Below are positions 41,717-56,329 of a stretch of DNA of 64,000 nucleotides, in pieces. A model generated the notes under the pieces. That model saw only the letters and a list, made by a program, of their open reading frames with translations. It did not search any database and was not told the DNA's origin. Position 1 is the first letter of the stretch; every line of letters begins with the position of its first letter. Made by a program: the position numbers and the translations under genes. The DNA lies in the NCBI GenBank assembly GCA_951406725.2, contig OX597821.1:87234001-87298000 (forward strand), read 5' to 3'. The stretch comes from Octopus vulgaris. Its lineage: Eukaryota.

Positions 41717-42101
41717 AAAGGAATAGAAAAGACTATTAATAGAACATCTACCACTTCGTATTCTGTTCCTTGACCATTTTATATGGTGCCATTAGACATT
41801 TCCTGTTGCAGCTAATGCAACTAACTCTATTACTAATACTTAGAGAAAAGGTGTAAATGTAATAATTTTGAAAAGCCTCAGCACTTTCAAGATATATTCA
41901 GGCCCGTCTCAGGTGCTCCAGCCTCGTGGATATTAAAGAGCCCTGTCTCACAAGCTTTGAATTCTTCTAGTCATGTCTTGCAAGATAGACGCAAAGTGTC
42001 AGGATCCATATCCAAGGTAAATCCCACTAAGTTAACATTTCTCTAAAATTGTTTAGAAAATTTGAAGATAGTGCCATCAGATAAGAACAAGCGTGTCCAG
42101 T

Positions 42102-42141
<40 letters not shown>

Positions 42142-43224
42142 CACCTTAACAAGAACTTTCCCATACAATCCCTACATTTCGTAGTTGTATTAAATGACAT
42201 TTATCATCACCCTCGCACACATAGTTAAGGACAACCCATCCTTATAAGAGCTGCACACTTTTTATCTATTCCACAGTGTTCAACAGCCAAGCCCAGAGCG
42301 AAGCTCTGAGTAGACTGTCAACTTCTGATGTAATATACGTGTCTGCCCACTTTACCCGAAGTATTCAGTTCTATGTCTGATGATTTTTTCGCTATATAAA
42401 ATATATCCTAATTTACATGCTGTACATCTGTTATTTTACAACATATAGTATTCATGTTATACACGCACAAAAACACTTACACCCACCAACGCAATCACGC
42501 ACAAACATGCACACACACACGCACACATAGACACAATCACGCACACATACACACACACGCACACACATATGCCATAGAACCTCCCAAAACTAAAAACCAT
42601 TAAGTATTATCCTAGCATAACAAAATTACCCACGAAGACAATCATGCAATATCAATATATGTAATCACTATAAACCATGAACCCTTTGACATGTTCAACC
42701 ACACAAGAATGACAGCTTAGAATAACAAGATCCCAGGATGTAAAAAAATTCACAAGCTTATCAAACGTGCATTCCCATCATCAGCTGCCTAACGAATATC
42801 ACTACGGTTTCGACACATATGTGTGTGTGTATACATTAGAAATATATTTTTGTGCACACACATACATATAAATATGTATACACACGCACACACACATATA
42901 TACATGTAACTAAACATGTGCTATTTGCGATTTCTTTTCCTTCTTTGGACTTTACTATGCTCGAAACGTCAAAAACTTTCTCCTTTTACTGAACGTCAAA
43001 CTAATACACTCCATATGCACGTCCTCTTGTTGTCTGTTATTGATAATTTTATTATCCATTTATTGGAATTGACTATACATACATACATACATACATACAT
43101 ACATACATACATACATACATACATACATACATACATACACACACATATACATACATACATACATATATACATACATACGTACATACATACATACATACAT
43201 ACATACATACATACATACATACAA

Positions 43225-43332
43225 AATAGCCCGTTATTGATGTTGAAACTCCAATGAAGGAACCTCGGATCTAGGTTAGAAACCGGTTCTTTCTCTGTTG
43301 GCAAGAAATCTTGAAATGGACTGAATAATGAT
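43225..43332 (+). mobile_element. Short insertion next to (TACA)n with a hammerhead-like fold
   Basis: gaaact-CCAATGA-aggaacct..aggtta-GAAAC-cg-GTT-ctttc at 43245-43293; palindromic ACCGGT stem III; core degenerate. Confidence 0.45.
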
Positions 43333-43959
43333 ATACATGCATATATGTGTGTGTATAATATTTATCGTAATATACGCTATATATAAGTATTATATACAGG
43401 TGCGTGTACGTATTAAGTATATCATATAGTGTGTGCGGATATATGTGTATGTAGCGTATATTATATAAGCATTGCATACACATACAAGCATAAGTAAAAT
43501 GCGGTATGAGGAATAAGCGAAGGCCTAATGTAAGTTACCGCGAATAAGAACCAAATATTAGAAGCAGATATGAGAATATGATTCCCGCAATAGCTCACGA
43601 AAGGGTTTTACTTCAGAGAACGTCAGAAGTCCAGGCTGTGGAATCAGCATTTCAGAGAGTTTAGCTCAGGATAATTTTGTACCAGTTGCTGCTGTTGCTG
43701 TTGTTATTGTTGTTGTTAAGCAATAAAACGGGTAAGGGTGATTAGGTGATGGTCTAGGGCTTAGGGGCGGAAGACCCTAGACCTTGGAAAAAACAAAACT
43801 TTGGTCGTCGAGGGCTCTTCGTTGACGCCCGACATCACTGGGAGGTGGCCCTCGAAGTCGCTGGAAATGGAAATCTCCAGCTCCAAATTCTCGAACGGCT
43901 GCTGCTACTGCTACTACTACTGCTGCTACTGCTATTGTTGTTGTTATTGCTATTTGGAT

Positions 43960-44290
43960 TCAGCTCAAGACCATGTGTCCTTTTATACATTTGTACTATT
44001 TTTGCGTTTAGGATTGGAATGCTCAGTCTTTCTTACGTTATCGTTTCATTCCGATATCCGTTCTTCGGTTTTCTTCGAAACGGGATATTCCTGTCTCGAT
44101 CCATTTACGCCAAACAGTGACTTGGTTAGCTGTCATTTCCTAGAAATTTTGGTCTACACCAGTACTCAACAGGATCTCTTTCAAGTGGTCTTTGTAGCGT
44201 CGTAACCAGCACATACAACCCAACGTGATTCTTGCAATAGGCTGTTTAGAGCACGTTTTGTACTTAGTCATCAGAAAGCCCACCGTCCCC
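43960..44290 (-). pseudogene. RTE-clade LINE C-terminal remnant
   Basis: LRRYKDHLKEILLSTGVDQNF*EMTANQVTVWRKWIETGISRFEENRR resembles the RTE C-terminus RRYKDxLK...WExxAxDRxxWR...GxxxFExxR. Confidence 0.72.
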
Positions 44291-44409
44291 GACTGCATAA
44301 TGACCCCGACCGCTTCCCGACTGAAATGTACTTGATACTCAGAAACGAGTCCTTGCCGCCGCCGCCGCCGCCAACCACGATTATTTTGTATATCTTCAGC
44401 TATGTCCAT

Positions 44410-44668
44410 GGAGGCACGTGGTTTAGTGGTTTTGGGTGTTGGACTCGTGATCGTAAGATTGCGGTTTCGATTCCTGGACCGGCAACGCGTTGTATTCTTG
44501 AGCAAAACACTTCATTTCACCTCGCTCCAATCTACTCAGCTGGCAAAAATGGGTTATCCTATGACTGACCAGCGCCTGTCCAGTTGGGGAATTTATACGC
44601 CATAGCAACCGGGAAACCAGCCATAATTAGTCTGTATGACTCGAGAAGGAACTTCACTTTTTTTACAA
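44410..44668 (+). mobile_element. tRNA/CORE-like SINE family C with 10-bp TSD
   Basis: Head ggaggcacgtggtttagtggt...ggtttcgattcc; ctatgtccat duplicated at 44400-44409 and 44669-44678. Other copies at about 28665-28775 (-), 47385-47480 and 62812-63055. Confidence 0.82.
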
Positions 44669-44681
44669 CTATGTCCATATA

Positions 44682-45095
44682 GGCGCAGGAGTGGCTGTGT
44701 GGTAAGTAGCTTGTTTACCAACCACATGGTTCCGGGTTCAGTCCCACTGCGTGGCACCTTGGGCAAGTGTCTTCTACTATAGCCTCGGGCCGACCAAAGC
44801 CTTGTGAGTGGATTTGGTAGACGGAAACTGAAAGATCCTCGTTGTATATAAGTATATATATATATATGTATATGTGTGTGTGCGTGTATGTTTGTGTTTG
44901 TCCCCCTAGCATTGCTTGACAACCGATGCTGGTGTGTTTATGTCCCCGTCACTTAGCGGTTCGACAAAAAGAGATTGATAGAATAAGTACTGGGCTTACA
45001 AAGAATAAGTCCCGGGGTCGAGTTGCTCGATTAAAGGCGGTGCTCCAGCATGGCCGCAGTCAAATGACTGAAACAAGCAAAAGAGAGTAAAGAGT
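44682..45095 (+). mobile_element. SINE family A, full length
   Basis: Matches family A. Confidence 0.9.
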
Positions 45096-45797
45096 ATTCA
45101 TTTGAAGACAGTATAGTGTGGTTTGAGGGAAATTAGGCTGCTATTTCGTGCAACTGTGTAGGTTCTTCTTAAGTAGTTTAGGTTGCTAGTTGTTATGGCC
45201 GAAATAGGAACAAGCATTCTTAACACTTAAACATTTGTTCGGATTTCTTTCAGAGTATGTTTGACTGTTCTATTTGAAGGTCGAATGCCTTTGCGTAGAG
45301 GTTTTCTCGCTGGCTCGTCTGTTTTCTTTTTCTCTTTCTGTTTTTGTTTTCAAGTCATGCTCATTGTTAATCTTACGAATCAGAAACAAGTGGAAAGGAA
45401 GGGACAGAATAAGTGAGGGAACAAGAAAGTGAACAGAAGAAGGGAGAATGAAAAAAAAAATAGCTAAGAGATAGACAGATAGGAAGCTAAGAGCCAGACA
45501 GAAAGAAAGAGAGAGGAAGAGAGCGGGAGAGAGAGAGAGAGAAACAGTTTAAATAAAGGCATAGATAGTCCAAATAGATCTATTTGCATTTGTTCGATTG
45601 TTTGGACGTTAGTGTTTACCCATTTATTACTCAAACCACATTCCACCCATTGGTTGTTTCAGAAGTAAGGAAAGAAAGCGACTGACATATAAAATGGGGC
45701 GAAGAAACGCCGTGACGGCCGGAAATTGCAGCGTGAACACACAAGTTCGTGAGCAGAATTGTGGATAGAAATGAAAGCAAACCAGATGATGACTGCT

Positions 45798-45831
<34 letters not shown>

Positions 45832-46250
45832 ATTGCTGGTGGTGGTGATGGTGCTGGTGGTGCTGGTGGTGGTGGTAGTTGCGGTGTGATTATGACGGTA
45901 TTGGTAATGATGATATTGATGATGTAAGCAATGAAATAACTCCGGGTTTCGATTAACGTAAGTGGATGTGGTGTTGGTAGGAATTGAAGGTTGTGGTGGT
46001 GTTGGTTGTGGTGTTGGTAGGAATTGAAGGTTGTGGTGGTGGTGGTTGTGGTGGTGGTGGTCGTGGTAATAGTGAAGAAAAAGCAATCTTTTTGAAATTT
46101 AATAAGCGGCAACGTAGGTCATGTTATCGAAAGAATAACTTTACGAAGAGCAAGTTTTGGTCAAAAGTCGATCGTGTAACCAACAATGATGTCGGACAAT
46201 GGTATTATTGCCGAAGATCCCGCACTTACATTAATTTACCACATCAAATG

Positions 46251-46283
<33 letters not shown>

Positions 46284-47233
46284 GCACACACACACACACG
46301 CGCACACACACACACAGAACGACACGAACATAGAAGGAGAAAGATGTGTCTATAGAACAGGTTTCGATCGGCGAAAGGCAGCGGTGTACAATATCATTAT
46401 TGTCACATGGACAACAATAATTGTGTGTGTATGTGTGTGTGTCTGAGTGTGTGTGTGAGCGTGTGTATGTGTGTGTATGTGTGTGTGTTTGTGAGCGTGT
46501 GTGTGTGTGTGTGCGCTATTAAAACACAAAGTCAAAGCGGAATTTACATTAGCGATGGGAATTCAGAACAATGACATCATATCCGACGAATCTCCATCTC
46601 CTTTGTTCTGTCCTCCTTACACACACACACACACACACATACACACACACACACGCGCACACACATACACACACACACACACGCACACGCACACGCACAC
46701 GCACACACACACACGCACACACACACACACATACACACACACACACACACGCACACATACACACACATACACACACTCACACACGCACACACACACACAC
46801 ACTCACACGCACACACACACACACACACGCACACACACACGCACTCACACAATGTTTATGCACAAGACAAACGTGTATTAGAAAACCTTAGATAAATCTA
46901 AAGTACGAGTTAAACAGCGGCCATTACGTCTCTTTGCTGTATAATTTTAAACAGACGTAAAAGCATTTCGTTATTCTCTTTTCGTCACGGAAATGCAAAT
47001 TAATGTAGACACTGGATGGAGCTAAGTTCGAATTACTGTTTAATTTAAATGTCAATTTGATATAAACACTTTTTTATTCTGATGAAAGGAAGGAGAAGAT
47101 ACTCGTTCTCTGATGAGCAGATCTTTGAAGCATGTCAAGGTAATCACCTTTATTTTTTTTCTGTGAAGGAGAGCAATGGGACGTATTTATATCTGTTTGA
47201 ATTCCAACGAGAAAGGCTTGAAACCTGAAGTTT

Positions 47234-47305
<72 letters not shown>

Positions 47306-47589
47306 AGCTGCTGCTACTACTTATACTCGACTCTCTCTCTCTCTCTCTCTCACACATACACAACGAGAAAAAGAAGTGAAGATGCATGGCTTAGTAGTCA
47401 ATCCTAGAGTCGTAGGATCGATTCCTGGAAAGTTCGGTGTGTTAAGTCCCAAATAAGGCATTTTATTTGCTGTAGTTTACAAAACTGAAAGTGCATACCT
47501 ACCGAATGCCAGTCCCGTCCTTCCCCTCCCCCACCTTCGGCTGTCTCGTATTCAGTATTTTGCTGGGTTAAGACACTGTATCTATGACA

Positions 47590-48141
47590 CTGACACTGTA
47601 TCTATGTTCACCCTCGTCGAAAGAGAACCCTAAAACAACTAGCTAAAGCAGTCATGGGCAAACTGCGGCTCACGGGACTTTCTGGATGGCACGCCTAACA
47701 AAAAAAATAACTTTGAATTCTTTTAATAGAGTGGTCTGTCTGATGACGAACCATGTCTCATGCAGCTCGCTCCTCGAAAAAAAGATGCGATGCCTGAGTT
47801 GATGCATGCTATATGTTAACATATAACACTGCGTGACAAAATTAAATTTCTTTCTTATTTTTGCCTTTGGTAAGTAAGTATTACTTCCTATATGCTTCTA
47901 TCTAGAAATCAAAGGAAATAACTACCATTCCATTCAAACTTTGCTTTTGTGACCTGGGCATCAATGTATTGAAACTGACCTATTTTTCATTACATTTCAG
48001 ACAGATTCAGCGCTAAGTTCCCTGACAATGTATCTATGTTCATCCTCGTCGAAAGGGAACCCTAAAACAACTAGCTAAAGCAGTCATGGGCAAACTGCGG
48101 CCCACGGGGCTTTCTGGATGGCACGTCTAACAAAAAAATAA
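47590..48141 (+). repeat. About 120-bp direct duplication containing a hAT-like left end
   Basis: 47590-47710 and 48022-48141 are nearly identical; both include cagtcatgggcaaactgcggc. Confidence 0.85.
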
Positions 48142-48459
48142 ATTGTCGCTATAACAAACACCATAGATTTCCTTGTCAGTTGCTTGACCTAAACTACTTG
48201 AGCATGTCCCTTAGTGGTTGACAATATGTGCATCTCTGATCATGTCGAGTAGTAGTAGGGGAGTACCATAGTCATTTGTTATGAGGGAATCTTTGGCGTT
48301 TGAATAAATGTGACAAAAGTAAAGTGAAGGAAATGTAAGCCATTCTTCATACTTTCTTGGGGTAAGCAAACAGGAAATAACTGTTGCTACCTAAGGACAA
48401 AAGTCGTGTTACACAGTGTAATCATACTCGCTTGCATGTGACGGCTATCAATTTTTACA

Positions 48460-48500
<41 letters not shown>

Positions 48501-48527
48501 GGGAGAAAAGGAGAGAGAGAAAGAAAA

Positions 48528-48810
48528 AAGCTAGAAAGAAAGAAAAGGAGAGTGAGTGAGGGAGAGAGAAAGGAGGGAGAGAAGGAGAGAGCTATAAAGA
48601 AAGAAAAGGAGAGTGACTGAGGGAGAGAGAAAGGAGGGAGAGAAGGAGAGAGCTAGAAAGAAAGAAAAGGAGAGTGAGTGAGGGAGAGAGAAAGGAAGGA
48701 GGGAAGGAGAGAGCCAGAAAGAAAGAAAAGGAGAGTGAGTGAGGGAGAGAAGGAGAGAGCTAGAAAGAAAGAAAAGGAGAGTAAGAGAGGGAGAGAAAAG
48801 GAGAGTCAGA
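48528..48810 (+). repeat. GA-rich minisatellite, about 60-bp unit
   Basis: Repeated gctagaaagaaagaaaaggagagtgagtgagggagag. Confidence 0.85.
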
Positions 48811-48880
48811 AAGAAAGAAAGAAAAAGAGAGAAAAAGAGAAAGAGAGAGAGAAAGAGCGGCAGAGATAGAGACAGGCACA

Positions 48881-49898
48881 CGTAGTCTGATCAATAAGTT
48901 TCAGGACTGTTGCTATAGTAACGAAGCTAAAGTACGGAGTATGAAGCCGCTAGGTACAGATTGACCTTGAACTCTGCTGTGCATGGGCACTAAGTTTTAA
49001 TGTTCTAGCTCACTTTGGTTGTTTACAGTAGTGCTTGGAAGGAAGGTGTGTAGCGTGTGATCGTCGCATTGACCATGACAGAAAGCTGAGCAGAGAATCT
49101 GCATCAAATTTTGCCAGAAGCTTGGTGATACCTGCTCAGTGGCCCACGCTAAGTTTTCAAAAAGTTTTCATCGTTTTCGATACAGTCAAGATCTTATGCA
49201 ACTGAAACCGAAGTGTTTTTTTGATTTACTGAAAGCAGTTTTGGCACAAACTTGGCAGACACGTATCTCATACCCAAATCTTCAAACATAATAAACTGAA
49301 CTGAACCATGACTAATCTGTACACCCTCTGATAACTCACGGATGGTGATTCGACGATTTCCCCTCATAGCTGCACGCACATCTGCGATGTTTTTCTCAGT
49401 TCTGCTGGTTCCGGGTCTCCCACAACGTTCGTCAATATCAATATTTTTTCGGCCATCTCGGAAACGCCTGAACCTTTCATACACCTGTATGCGGCTCATA
49501 CACTCCTCTCCATACACTTTCTGCAACGTTGCGTATACTCTGAGCAGGTATCGCCATGACAACTTACTCGGTCTTGGACAATGCTACACACCTTCCTTCC
49601 AAGCACTGCTGTAAACAGCGGAAGTGAGCTAGATCGTTAAAACTTAGTGCGCAGGTACAGCAGAGTTCACGGTCAATCTGTGCCATAATAACTTTCTCTG
49701 TCATGGTCAATGTGATGATCACACGCTACACACCTTCCTTCCAAGTACTGCTGTAAACAGCGGAAGTGAGCTAGATCGTTAAAACTTAGTGCGCAGGCAC
49801 AGCAGAGTTCGCGGTCAATCTGTGTTAAGCGACTTCACTCTGCGTGCTTTAGCTTCGTTCCTATGGCAACAGTCCGGATACTTATTGATCAAACCTAG
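48881..49898. mobile_element. Rearranged mariner element made of two inverted 5' ends
   Basis: 48881-49080 is the reverse complement of about 49698-49898; transposase starts point inward from both ends. Confidence 0.88.
49194..49545 (-). pseudogene. Mariner transposase N-terminal fragment
   Basis: LQKVYGEECMSRIQVYERFRRFRDGR..DERCGRP..RRITIRELS..EDLGMRYVSAKFVPKLLS: paired HTH plus WVPxxL-type linker; no catalytic domain. Confidence 0.92.
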
Positions 49899-50613
49899 TA
49901 TTTAATGAAAATTGTTACCGAAACTATGATCGAGCGCAAGTACAAATTTCGATAATGGAGCGATATAAACATACATCTCTTACATTTATAGATTCATATA
50001 TTCTCTTGTCACATGCATGCTTGTGAATGGCAGGTGCTTATGTGTGTTTGTGTGTAGATTCTTAATTACAAGTTTATGAAGCCCAACCATAAAAGGAGAG
50101 AAAAAAATCAATATGCTTTAAAATGTCGAGTTAAGATATTTTATTTTTCATAAAGTCCTTTGGAAGTGTCAGACTTTCAAATAATTTCTTCTAGGAATAA
50201 TGGGTGCAGCAGTCCTTGAGGGAAGTCGTTGGATTAACACTTTGGCATCAATTTAGGGCTTCATAAATACATATACATAATACATACATACACAATCACA
50301 CACAAACACACGCACAAACACAGACACACACACATATCTTTCATCGTTGACGTGCTTCAGTCATTAGACTGCGGCCATGATGGTGCCCCGCCTTGAGGAA
50401 TTTCTTGTTGAATGAATCGACCCCAGTACTCTTTTCTTTAAAAGTCTGATGCATATTCCATCGATCTCTGTTGCCGAACCGCTAAGTTACGGGAACGTGA
50501 ACACACCATCACTGGCTATCAGAGACAAACACATAGACACAGACACACAAAAACACACATGTAATACACATGGTATCACCATAATACATTTATTTGTGTG
50601 TATATATATATAT

Positions 50614-50826
50614 AGGTTGTGACCGCGTGTGTACCGTTGGCGATTTTTTTCCCTCTGCCTTCCCTTCTCTGGATCTTTCCTCCTCCTATGTTTCCGACGA
50701 AGAGCTCCGCTCGAAACGTTAAACCCTCCTTCTTTCCTTCTTTCCTGAGCGTCCAATAAAACTATATTTGTTCCACGTCCTCCCGTTGTTGTGTTTTCTC
50801 TTTGTGTTTTCATGTTTGGATTAACT
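50614..50826 (+). mobile_element. PLE-type tail in (TA)n with a minimal hammerhead-like motif
   Basis: gttt-CCGACGA-agagctccgctc-GAAAC-GTT-aaac at 50690-50724; half copy gctcGAAACGTCaaaa at 42959-42974. Confidence 0.75.
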
Positions 50827-52003
50827 ATATATATATATATATATACATGTATGTATGCATACATACCCACATACACACCCACATTCACTCCCACAAACAA
50901 GTGCACACACTCACACACACGCACATCTGTGTTTGTTTCCCGTTAGTTTGTGTACTTAGTATGTGTTTTTAACAGCAATTTGAATTTGCGTCACGTTTCT
51001 TACAGTTTTGTGGAAGTAGAATGCGTCGACATGACCACGAAACTTAAAGTAATGTAGAGCTGAGTTAAATACACGTAACTCCAACCAAATGTGCTAACTG
51101 CGCCTTTCTTTCGTTTGCTAACTCACTCGTATTGACCAAACATACATATGGAAAAATATACACATTCATACACACATATGTTCATGCACACATGCATATA
51201 CATATGTATATATATATATGTATATATACATATATATATGTATATATATACATATACACACGCACATATATATACCTATACACACACATATGGTACATAT
51301 ATATATATATACACACACATACATATACAGACATACTTATATAAATAGATATATATTTATATATACAAAATATATATACAATATATATATATATATACTG
51401 TGTATATAAATATATATTTATCTATATAAATATATATTTATCTATATAAATATATTCATATCTATCTATATGTGAATATATATACATACATACATACATA
51501 CATAGATACATACACATACACACATATATATATAAGTACACGCGCAAATATAAATATGCACACACAAACAAAACAAAATAAAACAAAACAAAACAAAACA
51601 CAAGCAAAAATAAAAGTGATTAGAAAGAAAACAAGCCAAAACAGAAATATATAGAATATATATATATGGCCGACTTCACAAACAAATAAACGTACGTAAA
51701 ATAGACGAATGTAGATATTTATTCAAAGCGTAGTAATTGAAGTTACCTTGTGAAACGCGTCAAAGAGAGGAAAGGAAAAAAAACGTGAATTTGCGTCAGA
51801 AAGCAGCCATAGTTGAAGCAACGGAACGATTGAAGTATTGGAGTGCATTAACTCTTATGGAAGCCTAGAGACTTTTCATTTGGTGTAAATAAATCGCCCA
51901 TTGCTTGAAAGTATCGTAATCAAATAGACAGTCCTTTAAAGAAAGGTAGGGGGGGGGGTTATTGTGTATTCGTTCGGATGTAAGCATCTCTGTTAGTATA
52001 CAC

Positions 52004-52085
<82 letters not shown>

Positions 52086-52498
52086 GTATATATATATATG
52101 TATGTATATATGTATGTATGTATATATATATGTATATATATATATATATGTATATATGTATATATATATGTATATATATATATATATATGCATATATGTA
52201 TATATGTATATATATATATATATGCATATATATATATGTATGTATATATGTATATGGGCGTATATATGTAGGTGTGCATGTATACATGTATACACGCACA
52301 TACGCCCATATGCATGTATACATGACATGTGCAAATATACAGGCATGCATGTATGTGCGTGTGCGTATATGTGTGTGTATCTGCTTGAGTGTTTTAGTGT
52401 ACATACTAACATGTATGCATATATTCATACATTCATACATAATATATTCAAGCATATATACACGCATACACACATTCAAACATATATACATTTATACA

Positions 52499-52549
<51 letters not shown>

Positions 52550-53145
52550 GAACATTCATACATACATGCATGCATTAATACGTATGGTTCATACATACAT
52601 ACAGATTAACGTGACGCAACCTTTTAACACGTGATATAAAGCCTTCACAAACAGATCGTGTGCAGTCGTATCTAGCGGCAGTAATTCAAAGTATACACTT
52701 ACACAAACACAATTACAGTCAAAATTTTAAAACGTTCGCGTATCTATCTATATATGGATGTTTCACCTGTTCATGTATATGCGCCTCTTTTGCGTTTGAG
52801 GGAAACTACCTGGTTGCCAAATGTACGTTAATAACGACTAATAAAATCACTTCCAGACGCAGAGAGCAATGAATGTTTAGGAGTATTGAGTGAATATAAC
52901 ACTGTGTAGAGACTTGGCTATCTGAGGGAGAACCACACAGCGATGAAAGGGATGTAGGCGAGACAGCTGTTTTGCCAGCTGTAACGACAAACATTTACGT
53001 ATGACCAAGTCTGAGACAGGTATGAATGAACAAGAAACCATTTAAAATTTGTTTAACCGTAGGTCACACACACACATACATGCACACATGTATGTTTATA
53101 CATACAAGTATAACACACACACACACACATGCGCCTCTATATATA

Positions 53146-53262
53146 TGAGGGGTTTATGAAACGTTTTGAGCCTTCAAGGCCTTTGAGCCTTGAAGTCTTG
53201 TACCTTCATCAAAAGTCTTTATCATGTTTTTTTTAGGCTCAAGACCTTTCATACACCCCTCG
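53146..53262. mobile_element. Mariner-type MITE
   Basis: TIRs gaggggtttatgaaa / tttcatacacccctcg with TA flanks; second copy at 62320-62425 in opposite orientation. Confidence 0.82.
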
Positions 53263-54612
53263 TACTTATATGCGCACTCAAACACACACAAACATACATG
53301 CATACACATATTGACGTATTTCAGGAGGGTCGTTACACTAATAATGAACACACGCATTGGCTTTATTTAATTTCTTTGTTATTCGACTATATAACCAAAT
53401 AACTAATCTAGACCGAAACTTATCTCCACTGTGGTCCCATGCCTTCAAAGTAACACGAGACAGTGCTTTCTCTAACTATGTCAATTTACTTGAGAAATTT
53501 ATTCTTAAATTCTTGAAATTATCTTTCTAAATTATCTAAGCTCTTGACAATTACCTGACAGGTTTCTGTTTCCAGGTTTCAACTACACGTATTTCATTGA
53601 ATTAAGAATATAACATGTATGATATTCAATACATGTCCATTGAAGTTTGTCATTCAATTTCTTACCATTAACCCTTTTGAGTTATTTCCCTTAGCTCTTA
53701 TTAATTTGCTACTGGAAATACTGTAACAGTTACTCATGAGTCCTAGACTGTCTTCACATATTTTCCCCTTTTCTTCCGTATTTCATTTCTTTCATATCTT
53801 TCGCTTTATTTCTGTCATTCTAGCCTACAGTCACCATTATCTCCCCGTTTATCTCCCAACTATTCTGAAATACGCTACGTATTTCACACGCATATATGCA
53901 CAGAGGAAGGAGAAGAGAAAAAAAGGAGAGAGAGAAAGAGAGAGAGATAGAGAGAGAGAGAAGCTCTTGACTTTACTTAATAGCCTTGATTTTTATGGTA
54001 CCCTACCATTATCTCTGTGCTCCTTTTATAAATCTTTATACGTGTGCTTTATTACAAGGTATGTATAAGACGTCTGGGCACAGCCGCTTTGCGCCGTTTA
54101 TTTGGCGTCACTGATTCGACGCTGACTTACTTGACAACAGACGTTTTAACATTTCTGTCGTTATCTCCCTTCCTCTCTCCGTTTATATGTGTGAACATCG
54201 AGTTGAGTTTCTATACCTGTATACTCACTCACTCACTCACTCACTCACTCACTCACTCACTCACTCACTCACTCACTCACTCACTCTCTATCTCTCTCCT
54301 CCTCTGTATGTGTATATTTCTGCGCGCGGTGTCTTTGTGTGTGTGTGTGTGCGTGTGTGTATTTGCCTCCAGTGCCAAAACGTACAGTCGCCAAAAACAG
54401 ATTGAAGGTCTTAGTCATCCGGGCCAAATCGCCAGCATCCTAGTGGCCAAATCGTCTCCTTTCTGTTTATATAAGTTTCACTATTCAGACCTCACAAATA
54501 CCTACCATTACTCTCGCTACGACTACTCTTCAAAACATTCTCATCCAACAAATAACGCTGGAAATACACACAAATACACCATACGCGCACTCTCTGTCTG
54601 TCTATCTCTCTG

Positions 54613-54657
<45 letters not shown>

Positions 54658-55241
54658 TTTTCCCTTTCCTGCTATTCGGCATTTTACGTTCTCTTCCTCA
54701 TTCTTCTCTATCAATCATGATTCTCTTTAACTTTTCACTTGCTTCACCAAACATATTTTTTTATATCGGTTTTAAGATTGTATTTCTCTTTTTTTTTTCT
54801 TTACCTTTTATGCTTTTCATCTGTTTTTTTTCCTTTCTGGATGCGTGTTTTGCATGTATGTATATATATTTAAATGCAGCTAATATGAGCCTATCTGTAA
54901 CTGCAATGAACTCTTACGAATATGTACGCGTGTATGAGTGTATATGTGCATATTCATATGTGTGTATGCATGCTTAAGAGTGTGTGTATACGAGGGTATG
55001 AAGCTTCATAGGCACACTCAAATGGGAAACAAGCATGTGTCTAAGTTTCCTAGAGTTTGTGTAAGTATGTGTGTTTGTGTATAAGTATGTGTTTGTGTAT
55101 AACTGTGTATGTGTATACAGTATCTATCTATCTATCAATCAATCCATCCATCCATTCATCCATCCATCTATCTATCTATTTATACATACATACATACATA
55201 TATACATACATAGTGCATGCAAACGTACATGCAAATAAACA

Positions 55242-55295
<54 letters not shown>

Positions 55296-56329
55296 CATAC
55301 ATTCATACGTACGTATATTCATACGTATAGTTCATTCATGCATACTTACATGCATACATGCTTACCTACATCTGTCAACAAGAATATGTACACACACACA
55401 AACGCACATGCAAACACATACATACACACACCCATACACACACATATGAATATGAATGCATTGACTCGATGTTGCTTCGCTGAGATTCATTCACCGACAT
55501 GGAGGATTAAATAGGAACCATACAGTGTTAGACCGAAGCATGGGTAGTTACAAGAAGCAAAATAAAAATATTAAAAACGATACATTACTTTTCGTACGCG
55601 ATTCATCATCTGGTAAATGTCAATACCAAATATACTAACTTACGAAGGCCCACTTAATGTTTTATAATATCACGGATGGTTGCACCTTCGAGTAGGGTGT
55701 ATTTCCTGTAATGAGGATAGAGATTTTGAGAAAGAACGCAAACAGCTTGGTGCTGGATGGGAGGTGATCTGATTAACAAATCCTACTCGTGAATGCATGT
55801 ACACATTTATGAATAACTACTTTGTATTTGTATGTGTGTGTGTGTGGTCTGGCTCTAATCATCACATTTGGCACTTATAACTTTAACGATAAATCAGTTA
55901 TTATTAGAACTGTCACTACTGCGACAGAGCAGCCAAATTAGTACCTGTAATAAACCCACTTCTTAGATATGGATGGGTGCACACGGCGGGGCTGTCACAG
56001 CAAGAATAACAACCGTCTCCACTCCTCACGTCACCCTATTCTATCTCACCCCAAACGCTGCGCTAACCTCTCTCCAATCATTCCTCCCTAGTATCAACCC
56101 ACTGGAACTTCCTTCCTGCCAACAATTTCCTCGCAGACGTCGATTCACCAATGTCTAAATTTCAATACAAAGAGATGACTGTGCTGTTAGCCAGGCCGTT
56201 GGCATTCATGCTGACAGTAACCTCGTCTTTGAAGGACAAGACCCTGAAATATTAAACATTTCTCTCCTCCCCACCAAGCGACATTATGGGCAGTGAATTG
56301 GCCGAGTCGGTAGAGCATCGGACAGAATA

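Noticed and set aside
47087-47142. Two CTGATGA motifs with a GAAGCATGTC downstream
   Set aside because: Stems I and II are too weak to call a hammerhead.
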